Positions 53,482 to 63,859 of a stretch of 64,000 nt of DNA are shown in pieces; the first letter of the stretch is position 1; every line of letters begins with the position of its first letter. The translations under genes and the position numbers were made by a program. The stretch lies in NCBI GenBank assembly GCA_963677595.1, contig OY782041.1, positions 1,056,001 through 1,120,000 on the forward strand, read 5' to 3'. The notes beneath the pieces were generated by a model that was given only the letters and a program-made list of their open reading frames with translations, searched no databases and was not told where the DNA came from. Source of the DNA: Spirochaetia bacterium (GTDB taxonomy: Bacteria > Spirochaetota > Spirochaetia > CAKZLE01).

Positions 53482-55839
53482 ATGGAAAATCTGATTATGA
53501 CCGAACGGATAGCCTCATTGAAGGCACATATGCTCAGCGAACCGAGATACATGTCCCTGGAACAGGCCCGGATCATCACGGACAGCTACCGTGAACATGA
53601 GGGGGAGAGCAAGGCCTTGAAGCGTGCCTACAGCCTGGCTGCATCCCTCGAGAAGATGGAGATCAGGATAGACCCCCTCGAGCTGATAGTCGGCAACAGG
53701 ACCCCCGGGGTCAGGGCGGGAGTCGTCTTCCCCGAAGCCGGGAGCTCATGGATAAATGACGAGATCGAGACGCTCCCGACACGCCCCCAGGACAAGTTCA
53801 ATGTCAGGCCGGAAGATATCGACGCCTTCAGGAATGATATCTACCCCTATTGGGAAGGAATATGTCTTGAGGATGTCATCAGGGAAAAGATCGGGCCTGA
53901 GGTAAGTGACATCGCGAAGGTCGCGAAGATCAACCAGAAGGACCATGCCCAGGGCCATATCTGCCCCGACACTGAGAAGTGGCTGCTCACCGGACCTGCC
54001 GGGCTCAAGGCTGCAGCCGAGGCGAAGCTCGCTGCAGCTCCTGAAGACCAGAGGGAGTTCTACAGGAGCCTCATCATCACCCAGGACGGCGCTGTACGCT
54101 TCATGCAGCGCTATGCTGAACTGGCAGGGACCATGGCTGACAGGGAGCCTGATGAAGGAATCGCTGAGAACCTGCGGGAGGTCTCCCGGATCTGCCGGAA
54201 GCTCTCAACCACCCCGCCTGAGTCATTCCATGAAGCCCTGCAGTCGCTCTGGTTCCTCTATGTGATCCTCCAGATGGAGTCGAATGCCTCCTCCTTCTCC
54301 CCGGGCAGGGCAGACCAGTACCTCTACCCCTATTACCAGGCAGATATCTCCTCAGGCATCATCGATGACCAGGAGGCACTGGAACTGATCGAAGCCCTCT
54401 GGCTGAAGTTCAACCAGATCGTCTACCTGAGGAACTCCCACAGCGCGAAGTACTTCGCAGGCTTCCCCATCGGGTTCAACATCGCCTGCGGGGGGCAGGA
54501 TGAGCATGGCAATGATGCCGTGAACGAACTGTCGTTCCTCTTCCTGAAAGCCCAGAGCCATATCTTATTACCTCAACCCAACCTCTCCGCCCGCCTCTAC
54601 TCCAGGTCTGATGAGCAGTTCGTCGACGAGTGCAGCAGGGTCATCGGGCTCGGCAGCGGGATCCCCCAGGTGTTCAATGATGAGGGAGTCATCCCGGCAC
54701 TGATGAACGTCGGGATCGAGGAGAAGGATGCCCGCGACTATGCCATCGTCGGCTGTGTTGAGCTCACTACCCATGGGAACAACCTCGGCTGGAGCGATGC
54801 AGCCATGTTCAACCTCATGAAAGCACTGGAGCTTACTCTCACCGACGGGGTCTGCCTGCTGACCGGCCGTGAGATGGGCCTCAAGGCAGGAACCCTGGAA
54901 GATTATACGAGCTATGAAGAGCTGGAAGCTGCTTTTGCCAGGCAGCTCGATCATTACATCGGGCGCATGATCAGAAGCTGTGAAGTAGTGGACCGGACCC
55001 ATGCGGAGGTACTTCCTTCCGCATTCCTCTCGAGTGTCATCGATGACTGCATCGAGAAGGGCTTGGACGTGACAGCAGGCGGGGCCTACTACAACCTCTC
55101 CGGGATCCAGGCCATCCAGGTAGCGAACCTGGCTGACAGCCTCGCGGTATTGAAAGAGCTCGTATTCGAGAAGGGAAAGATCTCAAGAACCGAGCTGCTG
55201 CAGGCGCTGCAGACCGACTGGGACGGGAAGGAATCCCTCAGGCAGACCGTCATCCACAAGGTCCCGAAATACGGGAATGACGTCGCATGGGTCGATACCC
55301 TGGGCAACCAGTGGGTCGAGTACTTTGCATCAAAGCTCGGGGAATACACCAATGTCAGGGGCGGTGCCTACCATACCGGGCTCTACACCGTATCCGCACA
55401 CGTCCCCATGGGGCAGAACGTCGGGGCATCCCCTGACGGGCGGCACGCACAGGAACCACTGGCAGACGGAGGCGTCTCGGCCATGTACGGCAGGGACACG
55501 AACGGCCCCACAGCCCTGCTGAACTCAGTAGCGCGCGTGAACTCCAAACTCGGCAGCAACGGCACCCTGCTCAACATGAAGTTCCTGCCAGAGTTCTTCC
55601 AGACTCGTGAAGGGATCAAGAAGTTCTCCTCACTGCTCCGTACCTTCGTGAAGCTGAAGATCAACCATATCCAGTTCAACGTCCTGCGGAAGGAAGACCT
55701 GATCGCGGCCAAGAAGGACCCGGAGAAGTATTCCAGCCTCACAGTCAGGGTAGCCGGTTATACCGCCTACTTCACCGAACTGGCCGGGGACCTCCAGGAC
55801 GAGATCATCGCCAGGACCAGCTATGGAGAGGGAATGTGA
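53482..55839 (+). CDS. Glycyl radical enzyme, PflD-like clade
   Basis: Single-Cys loop VGCVEL, Gly loop RVAGY; TRPQD, QGH, ESNASS, YFAGFP, LPQPNL, YTVSAHVP, NGTLLN recall E. coli PflD. Confidence 0.9.
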   Translation: MENLIMTERIASLKAHMLSEPRYMSLEQARIITDSYREHEGESKALKRAYSLAASLEKMEIRIDPLELIVGNRTPGVRAGVVFPEAGSSWINDEIETLPTRPQDKFNVRPEDIDAFRNDIYPYWEGICLEDVIREKIGPEVSDIAKVAKINQKDHAQGHICPDTEKWLLTGPAGLKAAAEAKLAAAPEDQREFYRSLIITQDGAVRFMQRYAELAGTMADREPDEGIAENLREVSRICRKLSTTPPESFHEALQSLWFLYVILQMESNASSFSPGRADQYLYPYYQADISSGIIDDQEALELIEALWLKFNQIVYLRNSHSAKYFAGFPIGFNIACGGQDEHGNDAVNELSFLFLKAQSHILLPQPNLSARLYSRSDEQFVDECSRVIGLGSGIPQVFNDEGVIPALMNVGIEEKDARDYAIVGCVELTTHGNNLGWSDAAMFNLMKALELTLTDGVCLLTGREMGLKAGTLEDYTSYEELEAAFARQLDHYIGRMIRSCEVVDRTHAEVLPSAFLSSVIDDCIEKGLDVTAGGAYYNLSGIQAIQVANLADSLAVLKELVFEKGKISRTELLQALQTDWDGKESLRQTVIHKVPKYGNDVAWVDTLGNQWVEYFASKLGEYTNVRGGAYHTGLYTVSAHVPMGQNVGASPDGRHAQEPLADGGVSAMYGRDTNGPTALLNSVARVNSKLGSNGTLLNMKFLPEFFQTREGIKKFSSLLRTFVKLKINHIQFNVLRKEDLIAAKKDPEKYSSLTVRVAGYTAYFTELAGDLQDEIIARTSYGEGM

Positions 55840-56771
55840 CGGGACGAATCTTCGATACCAAGAAATTCGCCGTACACGACGGCCCCGGGATCAGGACCAC
55901 ACTCTTTCTCAAGGGCTGCCCCCTGGGCTGCATCTGGTGCCATAACCCGGAAGGGATCACTGACACCATCAACCTCTGGTATTTCGGGAATAAGTGCATC
56001 CAATGCAGGAGCTGTATTGCCGTATGCCCGAAGCAGGCACTTACCGCCGATGAAGGGGGATCACCCTTCATCCGGATCGACCATGACCGGTGCGACCGGT
56101 GCGGGATCTGTGTGGAGGAATGTCCCACGACAGCCCTCGCCTTCGATGGCTATGACCTGTCTGTCGAGGAGGCGGTCACGACCCTCCTGCAGGACCGGGA
56201 GTTCTATGCACAGTCCGGCGGGGGTATCACCCTCTCTGGGGGAGACCCCCTCTTTCAGCCCGAGTTCGCACGGGAAGTGCTATCAGCATGCAAGGCACAG
56301 GGCATCCACACCGCCATGGAGACCTCGATGCAGGCGGAGGAGGAGGTGCTTAACGGTTTCATCGGCGTCGTCGACCTCTTCATCGTCGACCTGAAGATCC
56401 TTGATGCGGCTGCCCATAGGAAGTATACGGGAAAGGACAACTCACAGATCCTCTCCAACTTCCGCATGCTCGCCCGTTCCGGAGGAGCCATGTTGGTCCG
56501 CATCCCGCTCATCCCAGGTATGACCGCGACAGAGGAGAATATCAGGGGGATCGCCCGCTTCGTGAAGCGGGAAGCCCCGGGCCAGGCTATCGAACTGATC
56601 AACTTCAACCCCTTGGCGATCAATAAATACCGACTCATGGATATGAGACGCGAAATCCTGGAGCCGATGACACCATACAGCGAATCTGAGCTGGATGGAT
56701 TCTACCGGATCCTGGAAGATGAAGGAGTCCCCGTGATCAGGGAGACCGAGGCATCCAAACAAGAAGCATAA
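55836..56771 (+). CDS. Glycyl-radical enzyme activating enzyme (radical SAM with ferredoxin insert)
   Basis: HDGPGIRT, CPLGCIWC (CX3CX2C), CIQCRSC...CP and CDRCGIC...CP, GGITLSGG. Confidence 0.93.
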   Translation: MTGRIFDTKKFAVHDGPGIRTTLFLKGCPLGCIWCHNPEGITDTINLWYFGNKCIQCRSCIAVCPKQALTADEGGSPFIRIDHDRCDRCGICVEECPTTALAFDGYDLSVEEAVTTLLQDREFYAQSGGGITLSGGDPLFQPEFAREVLSACKAQGIHTAMETSMQAEEEVLNGFIGVVDLFIVDLKILDAAAHRKYTGKDNSQILSNFRMLARSGGAMLVRIPLIPGMTATEENIRGIARFVKREAPGQAIELINFNPLAINKYRLMDMRREILEPMTPYSESELDGFYRILEDEGVPVIRETEASKQEA

Positions 56772-56785
56772 GGGAGGAGATACCC

Positions 56786-58597
56786 ATGATTTCAACATTC
56801 CTTACCAGGGCACATGAAGGCCGGCCCGTGTATATCAGCACTGCCCATGAGGCCTTCGAGGACCTCGAAGACGGGCGGACCATCCATTGCCTGCTGAGCC
56901 TGCTCGATGAGGGGAAGCAGCGGTACTTCCCGATACGCATCCCCTGCTTCGGTGAATCCGAAGAAGCTGACACCTTTATCAGTGAATATGTCTGGGCAGA
57001 ACTCTACAACATCATCTCAAGCCTCGGCGGCAGGAAGATGGACCTGTACATAGACTGGGAAGATTCACAGCTCGTGAAGTTCTGCCGGGACCTGTCAGGA
57101 GTGTTCGGCATAGATGCAAGCAGGAACGGACGACGTGGGTATGGACGGGCAGTCAATGTGAATGACAGGATGCTCGAGACCCTCGCCCCGGAATCAGACG
57201 GTTTCCATTTCGAGGTACACCCACTCTCCCTGCTCCCGGAGATACCCGGGTCCGGAGATATGACGTCCCCTGACCTCAGCATATTCACCACCGTGACTGA
57301 ACACCTGGAGGGCAAGACCATCTGCGGGATCGATGTGGGCGGCACCGACATCAAGATGGTCCTCGTGCAGGACGGCAGGATCCTGTGCTTCAAGGAGTAC
57401 GACTGGTTCCCGGCGCTCTTCACCACCTCGAAGGAGCTGGTAGACCCCATCCTCCTCCTGGTCAGGCTCATGCGGGCAGTCGCCACGCTCGCAGCCTGTG
57501 ACCCGTCAGCAGAGAAGGACCTGCTCCTGTCCCGACAGGGACAGGCACTGCATATAGCAGCGGATGAAGAGGCTATGCTTACATTCTGCTCCGATGTGGA
57601 GCAGATCGCCGCAGGGCAGATCATCAAGCTCGATGCGATCGGCATGTGTTTCCCCGATGTGGTGGTCCGGAACAAGATCGTCGGCGGTGAGGTCTATAAG
57701 ACCCGTGGGATCAGGAACAACCCTGCTATCGACTATGAATCAGATTTCAGGACCCTGACCAACCTGAACGATCGTCTTGCCGAGTACGTCGGGGATGTTG
57801 GCAATGTCCATATCATCAACGACGGCCCGATGGCCTCCTTCACTGCAGCTGTGGAGATAGCCGCCTCGGAGAACCCAGGGCTGATCGCCAACGGAGTGTT
57901 CGCCCATACCCTGGGGACCGAGCTGGGAACCGGCTGGGTCGATGAGGATGGATCCATCCCCGATATCCCGCTCGAAGTCTACAACTTCATCATCGACCTT
58001 GGGAGTTATGGGGAACGGGCATACCATCCGGATGACCTGCGGAGCCTCAACAACTTCAACACCGGCTTACCGGGCACACTGCAAAAGTATGCGAGCCAGA
58101 GCGGCATCTTCCGGCTGGCCATGAAGTATTTCCCGACCGAGAGACCCGATCTCTTCGCTGAACTCCTGGAGGGGGGATTCGTCCGGGAGTCCGTGATCGA
58201 TGGGAAACCGGCATACATCGTGCCTACTGAGCCGGATGATATGAGAAAGCCCTTCCTGGAGCATATGATGTCCCTCCCCGAACGGGAAGGTGATGAGGTG
58301 AATGAGCGTATCTGGAAAGAGCTCGGCGAGTTCCTGGCGGTTACCTGGCTGGAGACGAAGAAGATACTCGACCCGGCCGCAGGGGCCCGGACCATGTTCG
58401 GGAGACTGGTAAAACGAAAACGCTGTTTCGACCTGATGGTAGAGGGAGCGCGGTCGATCAAGGATGACATCATCTTCGAGATAGCCGATTCGACCCTGGC
58501 GAACACCCCGCTGATGAAGGAACTGGAAGCTGATCCCCATTTCACGGTCGCCCAGTTCGCACAGGCGATCGGTGCCGTCTATTTTGCCAACCGCTGA
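56786..58597 (+). CDS. Divergent ROK/ASKHA-fold kinase-like protein with a ~170-aa N-terminal extension
   Basis: GIDVGGTDIK, IINDG, TLGTELGTG, LQKYASQSG, AQAIGA match ROK motif order. Confidence 0.65.
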   Translation: MISTFLTRAHEGRPVYISTAHEAFEDLEDGRTIHCLLSLLDEGKQRYFPIRIPCFGESEEADTFISEYVWAELYNIISSLGGRKMDLYIDWEDSQLVKFCRDLSGVFGIDASRNGRRGYGRAVNVNDRMLETLAPESDGFHFEVHPLSLLPEIPGSGDMTSPDLSIFTTVTEHLEGKTICGIDVGGTDIKMVLVQDGRILCFKEYDWFPALFTTSKELVDPILLLVRLMRAVATLAACDPSAEKDLLLSRQGQALHIAADEEAMLTFCSDVEQIAAGQIIKLDAIGMCFPDVVVRNKIVGGEVYKTRGIRNNPAIDYESDFRTLTNLNDRLAEYVGDVGNVHIINDGPMASFTAAVEIAASENPGLIANGVFAHTLGTELGTGWVDEDGSIPDIPLEVYNFIIDLGSYGERAYHPDDLRSLNNFNTGLPGTLQKYASQSGIFRLAMKYFPTERPDLFAELLEGGFVRESVIDGKPAYIVPTEPDDMRKPFLEHMMSLPEREGDEVNERIWKELGEFLAVTWLETKKILDPAAGARTMFGRLVKRKRCFDLMVEGARSIKDDIIFEIADSTLANTPLMKELEADPHFTVAQFAQAIGAVYFANR

Positions 58598-58600
58598 TAC

Positions 58601-59344
58601 TCAATGACTCTTGCGGAAATACCCCGGCGGGACATTCAGGGCCTTATGGATGACCCGCGAGAGGTTGTACTCATTGCTCATACCGCAACTCTGGGCGATC
58701 TCCTTGAGTGAGAGGTCCGTGGAGATGATCAGGTCTCGGGCCCGCTCCACACGGAGGACCCTCACCTCCTCCATCGGTGTGATACCGGTATGCTTCTTGT
58801 ATTTACGCAGGAACGTGTACTTGTTCATCCCGAACGCCCCAGCCAGGGACTCAAGGGTGATCTTCTGAGCCAGGCGTTCGGCGATATACCCCTTTACCTT
58901 CGGCACGAACGCATCCTGCTGTTCATGTTCATACAGGTTCCGCTCGACCTCGTCGAGCAGGGTCTGCATCAGATTGTCCTCGGTATTCTCCTGATTGCGG
59001 TAGAGGGAGTTCTTGTTGTCTGACAACAGCCAGTCAGCCATGATCCTGACCCGTCCCCTCCTGTCATGCATGAGCGGGGGGAACTCCAGCTCAGGGCCGG
59101 TCCAGTCCAGGTAGATGATCTGTGTTTGCTGGTCAGTGAGGTTCTCTTCCTGATGGGGTATGTCACAGTCGTAATAGACGATATCGCCTGTCCCTGCGAT
59201 GAAATCCCCCTCCGGCATCGTGACAGAGAGGGATCCCTTATAGACGATGATCATCTGGTAGAAGCTGTGGCTGTGAAGCTTCCTCAGCCATCCCGGAGGA
59301 CAGGCTACCTCTCCCCCATTGAAGAACATGAATTCATTCATCAT
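58601..59344 (-). CDS. AraC family regulator
   Basis: LHSHSFYQ cupin; C-terminal LSLKEIA..CG. Confidence 0.88.
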   Translation of the reverse strand: MMNEFMFFNGGEVACPPGWLRKLHSHSFYQMIIVYKGSLSVTMPEGDFIAGTGDIVYYDCDIPHQEENLTDQQTQIIYLDWTGPELEFPPLMHDRRGRVRIMADWLLSDNKNSLYRNQENTEDNLMQTLLDEVERNLYEHEQQDAFVPKVKGYIAERLAQKITLESLAGAFGMNKYTFLRKYKKHTGITPMEEVRVLRVERARDLIISTDLSLKEIAQSCGMSNEYNLSRVIHKALNVPPGYFRKSH

Positions 59345-59363
59345 ACGACCATGCCGCTTGGGA

Positions 59364-59385
59364 GACGGCAGCGGAAGCTGCCGTC
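59364..59385 (-). terminator. Hairpin after the ABC operon
   Basis: GACGGCAGC-ggaa-GCTGCCGTC. Confidence 0.5.
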
Positions 59386-59396
59386 ACTTCCCAGCC

Positions 59397-60350
59397 CTAC
59401 ACGAGTTCACGCTTTCGCTTCCGGCTGTAGCTGTCAAGACTGAGGATCGCTACCATGACGACACCGCGAAGGATGATCTGCAGGTAGGAATCGAGTCCCA
59501 GCATGTTCATCGCGTTCTGCATGACCGCGAATACCAGGAGCCCGAGCATGGTCTTCGTGACGCTCCCGACACCTCCGGCAAGCGACGTACCACCTACCAC
59601 GATACCGCTGATCACCGTCAGAGCCGTGGTATCACCGTAGATCGAGGAACCGGAGTTCAGCTTGGAAGAGAGCATGACTCCCCCGAAGGCCGCTGCCAGT
59701 CCGCAGAGCACGTATGCGCTGGCCTGGATCTTCAGGACATCGATACCGGAATACTCAGCGACTTCATAGTTCCCGCCGATCGCATACATATTCCTGCCGT
59801 AGCTGGTGAAGCGCAGCAGGTAGAAGAAGATCGCGAAGATGACGAGCATGATGAGGATCAGGTTGGGTATGTGTCCTGCGACACGTCCATTCCCGATCAT
59901 CATGAACTTGAGGCCCTCAGCCGGCAGCGGATGCGCATCAGTGAGCTGCTGTGCGAGACCGGTCAGGACCAGACTCATCCCGAGCGTGACTACAAGCGGC
60001 TCGGTCTTCTGGTAGACGATGATGTAGCCGTTGATCGCCCCGATGAGGCCGCCTGTGAGGACTGCCAGCACAATAGCCAGCCAGATAGGCAGGAAGGCCA
60101 TCAGCTTGATGGTCAGGATCCCAGCGATCACGAGCGTCCCGCCGATGGAGAGGTCGATACCGCCGGCAATGATGACGATCGTGATCCCGAAGGCGACGAT
60201 CATCAGGATCGATGCTGAGTTCATCAGCTCCATGAGGTTGAAGACGGAGTAGAAGTTCGTGGGGAAAAACAACATCAGGAACATCATGGCCAGGACCGCG
60301 ATCAGCGCTTTCTGGTTTGATGCAAAACGAAGTATAGATTTCTTTTTCAT
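59397..60350 (-). CDS. Sugar ABC transporter permease (RbsC type)
   Basis: GGIDLSIG, T.YGR..YAIGGN...A..SG, VVGGTSL.GG.G. Confidence 0.92.
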   Translation of the reverse strand: MKKKSILRFASNQKALIAVLAMMFLMLFFPTNFYSVFNLMELMNSASILMIVAFGITIVIIAGGIDLSIGGTLVIAGILTIKLMAFLPIWLAIVLAVLTGGLIGAINGYIIVYQKTEPLVVTLGMSLVLTGLAQQLTDAHPLPAEGLKFMMIGNGRVAGHIPNLILIMLVIFAIFFYLLRFTSYGRNMYAIGGNYEVAEYSGIDVLKIQASAYVLCGLAAAFGGVMLSSKLNSGSSIYGDTTALTVISGIVVGGTSLAGGVGSVTKTMLGLLVFAVMQNAMNMLGLDSYLQIILRGVVMVAILSLDSYSRKRKRELV

Positions 60351-60360
60351 GATACGCCCC

Positions 60361-61317
60361 TTATTGTGTTTTCCGGTTATCGAGCCAGATAGCCAGCATG
60401 AGCAGCAGCCCCCGCATGACATTCTGCATGTACACGGTAACTCCCAGCAGGTTCATACAGTTGGAAAGCAGTATGATCAGCAGCGTACCGAGCACGGTAC
60501 GTGCGACGCTGCCCCTGCCCCCCGAGAGGCTGGAACCACCGACGACAACAGCCAGGATGGCGTTCAGCTCGAACCCGGCCCCAAGAGTCGGGGATGCCGT
60601 GGTGACCCTGGTGAATAGGATGATGGACCCGACAGCGGCCATCAAGCCGGAGATCATGTAGATCATCATGATCGACCTGGAGATCGAGACACCGGCGAAC
60701 TTCGCGGCCGTCTTGTTCCCGCCCAGCAGGAAGATCTCCCGGCCCATCCGCGTGAATTTCTGGAATATGAACAGGATCACGAAGATCCCCAGGAAGATCA
60801 CGAACGAAGCCGAGAAGAACCCGATGGTCGCCGTCCCGATATAGGTGAAGAGGCTGTAGCTGACCGTGAGATACGACAGGTGTTCGGTGACACCCCCAGT
60901 ATACATCAAGGCTGCCCCGCCGTAGACCGTACTCATCCCGAAGGTGATGAACAGGGCCTCAGCCTGCGTGGTAGCCCCGCTGACGATGATGATCCCGCTG
61001 TTGAGCAATCCCGCAAGGGCCCCAAGACCCAGGCCCGCGATCAGTGCGCCGACCTGCCCAAAGGGTTCTATGAGCGAGAGGGTCACAGCCGCGATGAACG
61101 ACATGATCCCGGCCACTGAGAGGTCCAGGAACCCGCCGATGATGACGAAGGTCATACCCATAGCGACCATGATCAATGGGCCGAACTGCCTCATGATATT
61201 CGTGATGTTCCCGGTCGTGAGGAACTTCGGTTCCACGATGGAGGTGATGACCACCAGGACCAGGATCAGCATCAGTACAAGATATTCGCGTACGATACGG
61301 CTAAGTTTATTCATCAT
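60361..61317 (-). CDS. Sugar ABC transporter permease (RbsC type)
   Basis: GMTFVIIGG.LDLSV, GGN..AA..AG, ELNAILAVVVGG. Confidence 0.92.
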   Translation of the reverse strand: MMNKLSRIVREYLVLMLILVLVVITSIVEPKFLTTGNITNIMRQFGPLIMVAMGMTFVIIGGFLDLSVAGIMSFIAAVTLSLIEPFGQVGALIAGLGLGALAGLLNSGIIIVSGATTQAEALFITFGMSTVYGGAALMYTGGVTEHLSYLTVSYSLFTYIGTATIGFFSASFVIFLGIFVILFIFQKFTRMGREIFLLGGNKTAAKFAGVSISRSIMMIYMISGLMAAVGSIILFTRVTTASPTLGAGFELNAILAVVVGGSSLSGGRGSVARTVLGTLLIILLSNCMNLLGVTVYMQNVMRGLLLMLAIWLDNRKTQ

Positions 61318-62819
61318 AGGGCGACCCCTGCTTTCTCGCTTTCCAATGCCTTCTCCATGATCTCCTCTACCGGCGTCGTGCTCGGGTCGAACTCACCGGT
61401 GATCCTGCCTTCGTTTATCGTCAAGACCCTGTTGCTCATATTCAGTACCTCAGGCAGCTCCGATGAGATCAGGATGACTGCCCCGCCCTCCTCGACGATC
61501 TGCTTCATGAGCAGGTATATCTCATACTTCGCACCGACATCGATTCCCCTGGTAGGTTCATCCATGATCATGATGCGCGGTGCCAGCTCCATCCATCGAC
61601 CGACGATGCACTTCTGCTGGTTCCCGCCGGAGAGGGAGTTGACCACGGTCTTCAATGACGGCGTCTTGATGGAGAGGGCCTTCACATGGTTCTCCGCGAT
61701 CGCTGTCTCAACGCTCTTCTTCAGGAAGCCTTTCGGGAAGATCTTCTCAAGGCTGGCGATCCCGATGTTCATCTCAACGGTGAACGGGAGCACAAGGCCC
61801 TGCTGTTTCCGGTCCTCCGGAACCAGGCCGATCCTGTAATCCATGGCATCCCTCGGGCCGTTGATCTGGGCAAGCTCCCCGTCGATATAGACCTCGCAGG
61901 ATTTGACATGATCCGCACCGAAGATAGCCCTGACGATCTCCGTACGGCCGGAACCGACCAGGCCCACGAACCCAAGTATCTCTCCCTTGTGAAGCGAGAA
62001 GGAGACATCCTTCAGCTTTATCGAGTTGAGGTTCTTCACCTCGAAGAATACTTCCCCGATGTTGTGGGGGCGTGCGGGGAACTCGTTCTCGATGGTCCGC
62101 CCGACCATCATGGAGATCATCTCCCGCCTGGTGATCTCACCGATGGGCTTGGACCCCACGACGTTTCCGTCTCGCATGACGGTGACTGCATCGCAGAAGT
62201 CGAAGATCTCATCGAGCTTGTGGCTGATGTAGATGATCGAGATGCCCTGGCTCTTCAGGTGGTGAATGATCTCAACGAGCTCCTTCATCTCATCCTGGGT
62301 CAGGCTGCTCGACGGCTCATCCATGATGATCAGCTTTGAATCGAAGGATAGCGCCTTCGCGATCTCCACCATCTGTTTCTGGGAGACACTCAGCTCATCG
62401 ACGAGGACACGGGTATCGATGTTAGTCCCGATACTGTCCAGCATCTTCCGGGCATTCTCATGAGTGCCCCGCATCCCGCCCTGTTCAGCGAAACGGCCGA
62501 GATAGATGTTCTCCCCTACCGTCATCGTATTCACCAGGTTGAGCTCCTGGTAGATGATCGACAGTCCGAGAGCCATCGCCTGGGAGGGGGAGACAGATTT
62601 CAGCTCCTGCCCATCAAAGATGATCGTCCCTTCATCACGCTTATAGACTCCTGACAGGATCTTCATCAGGGTGGACTTCCCTGCACCGTTCTCCCCGACG
62701 ATCCCATGTACCGTCCCGCGCTGTACCGTGATCGAGACCTGGTCCAGTGCTTTCACACCCGGAAAGGACTTACTGACTTTCTCCATGTGGAGGATTGTAT
62801 CATCAGAAATAGAACCCAC
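61314..62819 (-). CDS. Sugar ABC transporter ATP-binding protein (RbsA type, two NBDs)
   Basis: GENGAGKST, DEP, PEDRK, LSGGNQQK, DEPTRGIDVGAK. Confidence 0.94.
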   Translation of the reverse strand: MGSISDDTILHMEKVSKSFPGVKALDQVSITVQRGTVHGIVGENGAGKSTLMKILSGVYKRDEGTIIFDGQELKSVSPSQAMALGLSIIYQELNLVNTMTVGENIYLGRFAEQGGMRGTHENARKMLDSIGTNIDTRVLVDELSVSQKQMVEIAKALSFDSKLIIMDEPSSSLTQDEMKELVEIIHHLKSQGISIIYISHKLDEIFDFCDAVTVMRDGNVVGSKPIGEITRREMISMMVGRTIENEFPARPHNIGEVFFEVKNLNSIKLKDVSFSLHKGEILGFVGLVGSGRTEIVRAIFGADHVKSCEVYIDGELAQINGPRDAMDYRIGLVPEDRKQQGLVLPFTVEMNIGIASLEKIFPKGFLKKSVETAIAENHVKALSIKTPSLKTVVNSLSGGNQQKCIVGRWMELAPRIMIMDEPTRGIDVGAKYEIYLLMKQIVEEGGAVILISSELPEVLNMSNRVLTINEGRITGEFDPSTTPVEEIMEKALESEKAGVAL

Positions 62820-62845
62820 TGTTCGCTACCCCCTTTTGCGTAGGT

Positions 62846-62873
62846 AGAGATGGTCCATTACTGGACCATCTCT
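62846..62873 (-). terminator. Intercistronic hairpin after the binding-protein gene
   Basis: AGAGATGGTCCA-ttac-TGGACCATCTCT 12-bp stem. Confidence 0.6.
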
Positions 62874-62908
62874 TACATAGTCTTACATGCTTTCTAACAG
62901 GCTGGATC

Positions 62909-63859
62909 CTACCACTCAGGTGCAGTAAAGGAATCGATGTTGTTCAGGTCGACTGCGTCGAGCGGGATGAAGTTGATCTTCTCGACGGTCTTCCCGGCAA
63001 GCACGTCCTTGGCAAGCTGCAGTGACTGCTTGGTCATGTTCTCGAAGTTCTGCATGATGGTAACACTCTGCCATCCGTCACGTACCTGCTGGAATCCTGC
63101 CCTGTTGCCATCTACACCGATGATATAGAGCTCTTTGTTGAGATTGGCAGCCTGTACGGCATTGATGATACCGGTCACGCCGTTATCCCAGTGGCAGAAG
63201 ATACCGTCGATCTCTGTACCGTACTTGGTGATCATATCCTCAGCGATAGCAAGAGCCTGGTCGGTTGCCCACTGCTGGCATGCCTTGTAGTCCATGTTGA
63301 TGATGTTGGTCCCGGCGATGACCTCGTTGAAGCCGTCATGCCGTTTGATCTGTGCATCATGACCAGCCTGACCGCCGATCTCGACGATCTTCGCACCGTT
63401 GGGGAAGTGGTCGATGAATGCCTGGGCAGCAGTCTGTCCTGCCATCGTATCGTTGACGCCAACGAAGAAGTCACGGATCTCTGCACTTGCTGCAGGAAGG
63501 TCGGAAGAGTACATCCCAACGACCAGTCCGGCCTGCTTTGCCTGCATAAGACTCGGGATGATCGCATTGATGTCATTCGGGTTCACGAAGACTGCCTTGG
63601 CCTTCATGGCGATCGCGTTGGAGACCGCAGCAGCCTCCTTCTCAGCATTCCCCTCTGCATCAAGGATGCTCACATCAAACCCGTACTCGGGTCCATACTT
63701 CTCGAACATTCTTGACGAGAACGCCTGTGACTCATTCTTCATATCAGCTGCAACGAACACGATCTTAGGATTGCCTGCGGCCTCCTGGCTTCCTGCTGCG
63801 AACAGCACAGCCCCGATACTCAACAGTACCAGTACCATAGCAATGATTCTTTTCATCAT
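62909..63859 (-). CDS. Sugar ABC transporter substrate-binding protein (RbsB/Peripla_BP_4)
   Basis: Signal peptide ...LFAAGSQE; R..GF, W, HWD, GVDG, T..Q; GGAGG RBS. Confidence 0.92.
   Translation of the reverse strand: MMKRIIAMVLVLLSIGAVLFAAGSQEAAGNPKIVFVAADMKNESQAFSSRMFEKYGPEYGFDVSILDAEGNAEKEAAAVSNAIAMKAKAVFVNPNDINAIIPSLMQAKQAGLVVGMYSSDLPAASAEIRDFFVGVNDTMAGQTAAQAFIDHFPNGAKIVEIGGQAGHDAQIKRHDGFNEVIAGTNIINMDYKACQQWATDQALAIAEDMITKYGTEIDGIFCHWDNGVTGIINAVQAANLNKELYIIGVDGNRAGFQQVRDGWQSVTIMQNFENMTKQSLQLAKDVLAGKTVEKINFIPLDAVDLNNIDSFTAPEW

Noticed and set aside
53482-55839. Pyruvate formate-lyase (pflB)
   Set aside because: Has a single Cys (GCVE) rather than the Cys-Cys pair of PFL.
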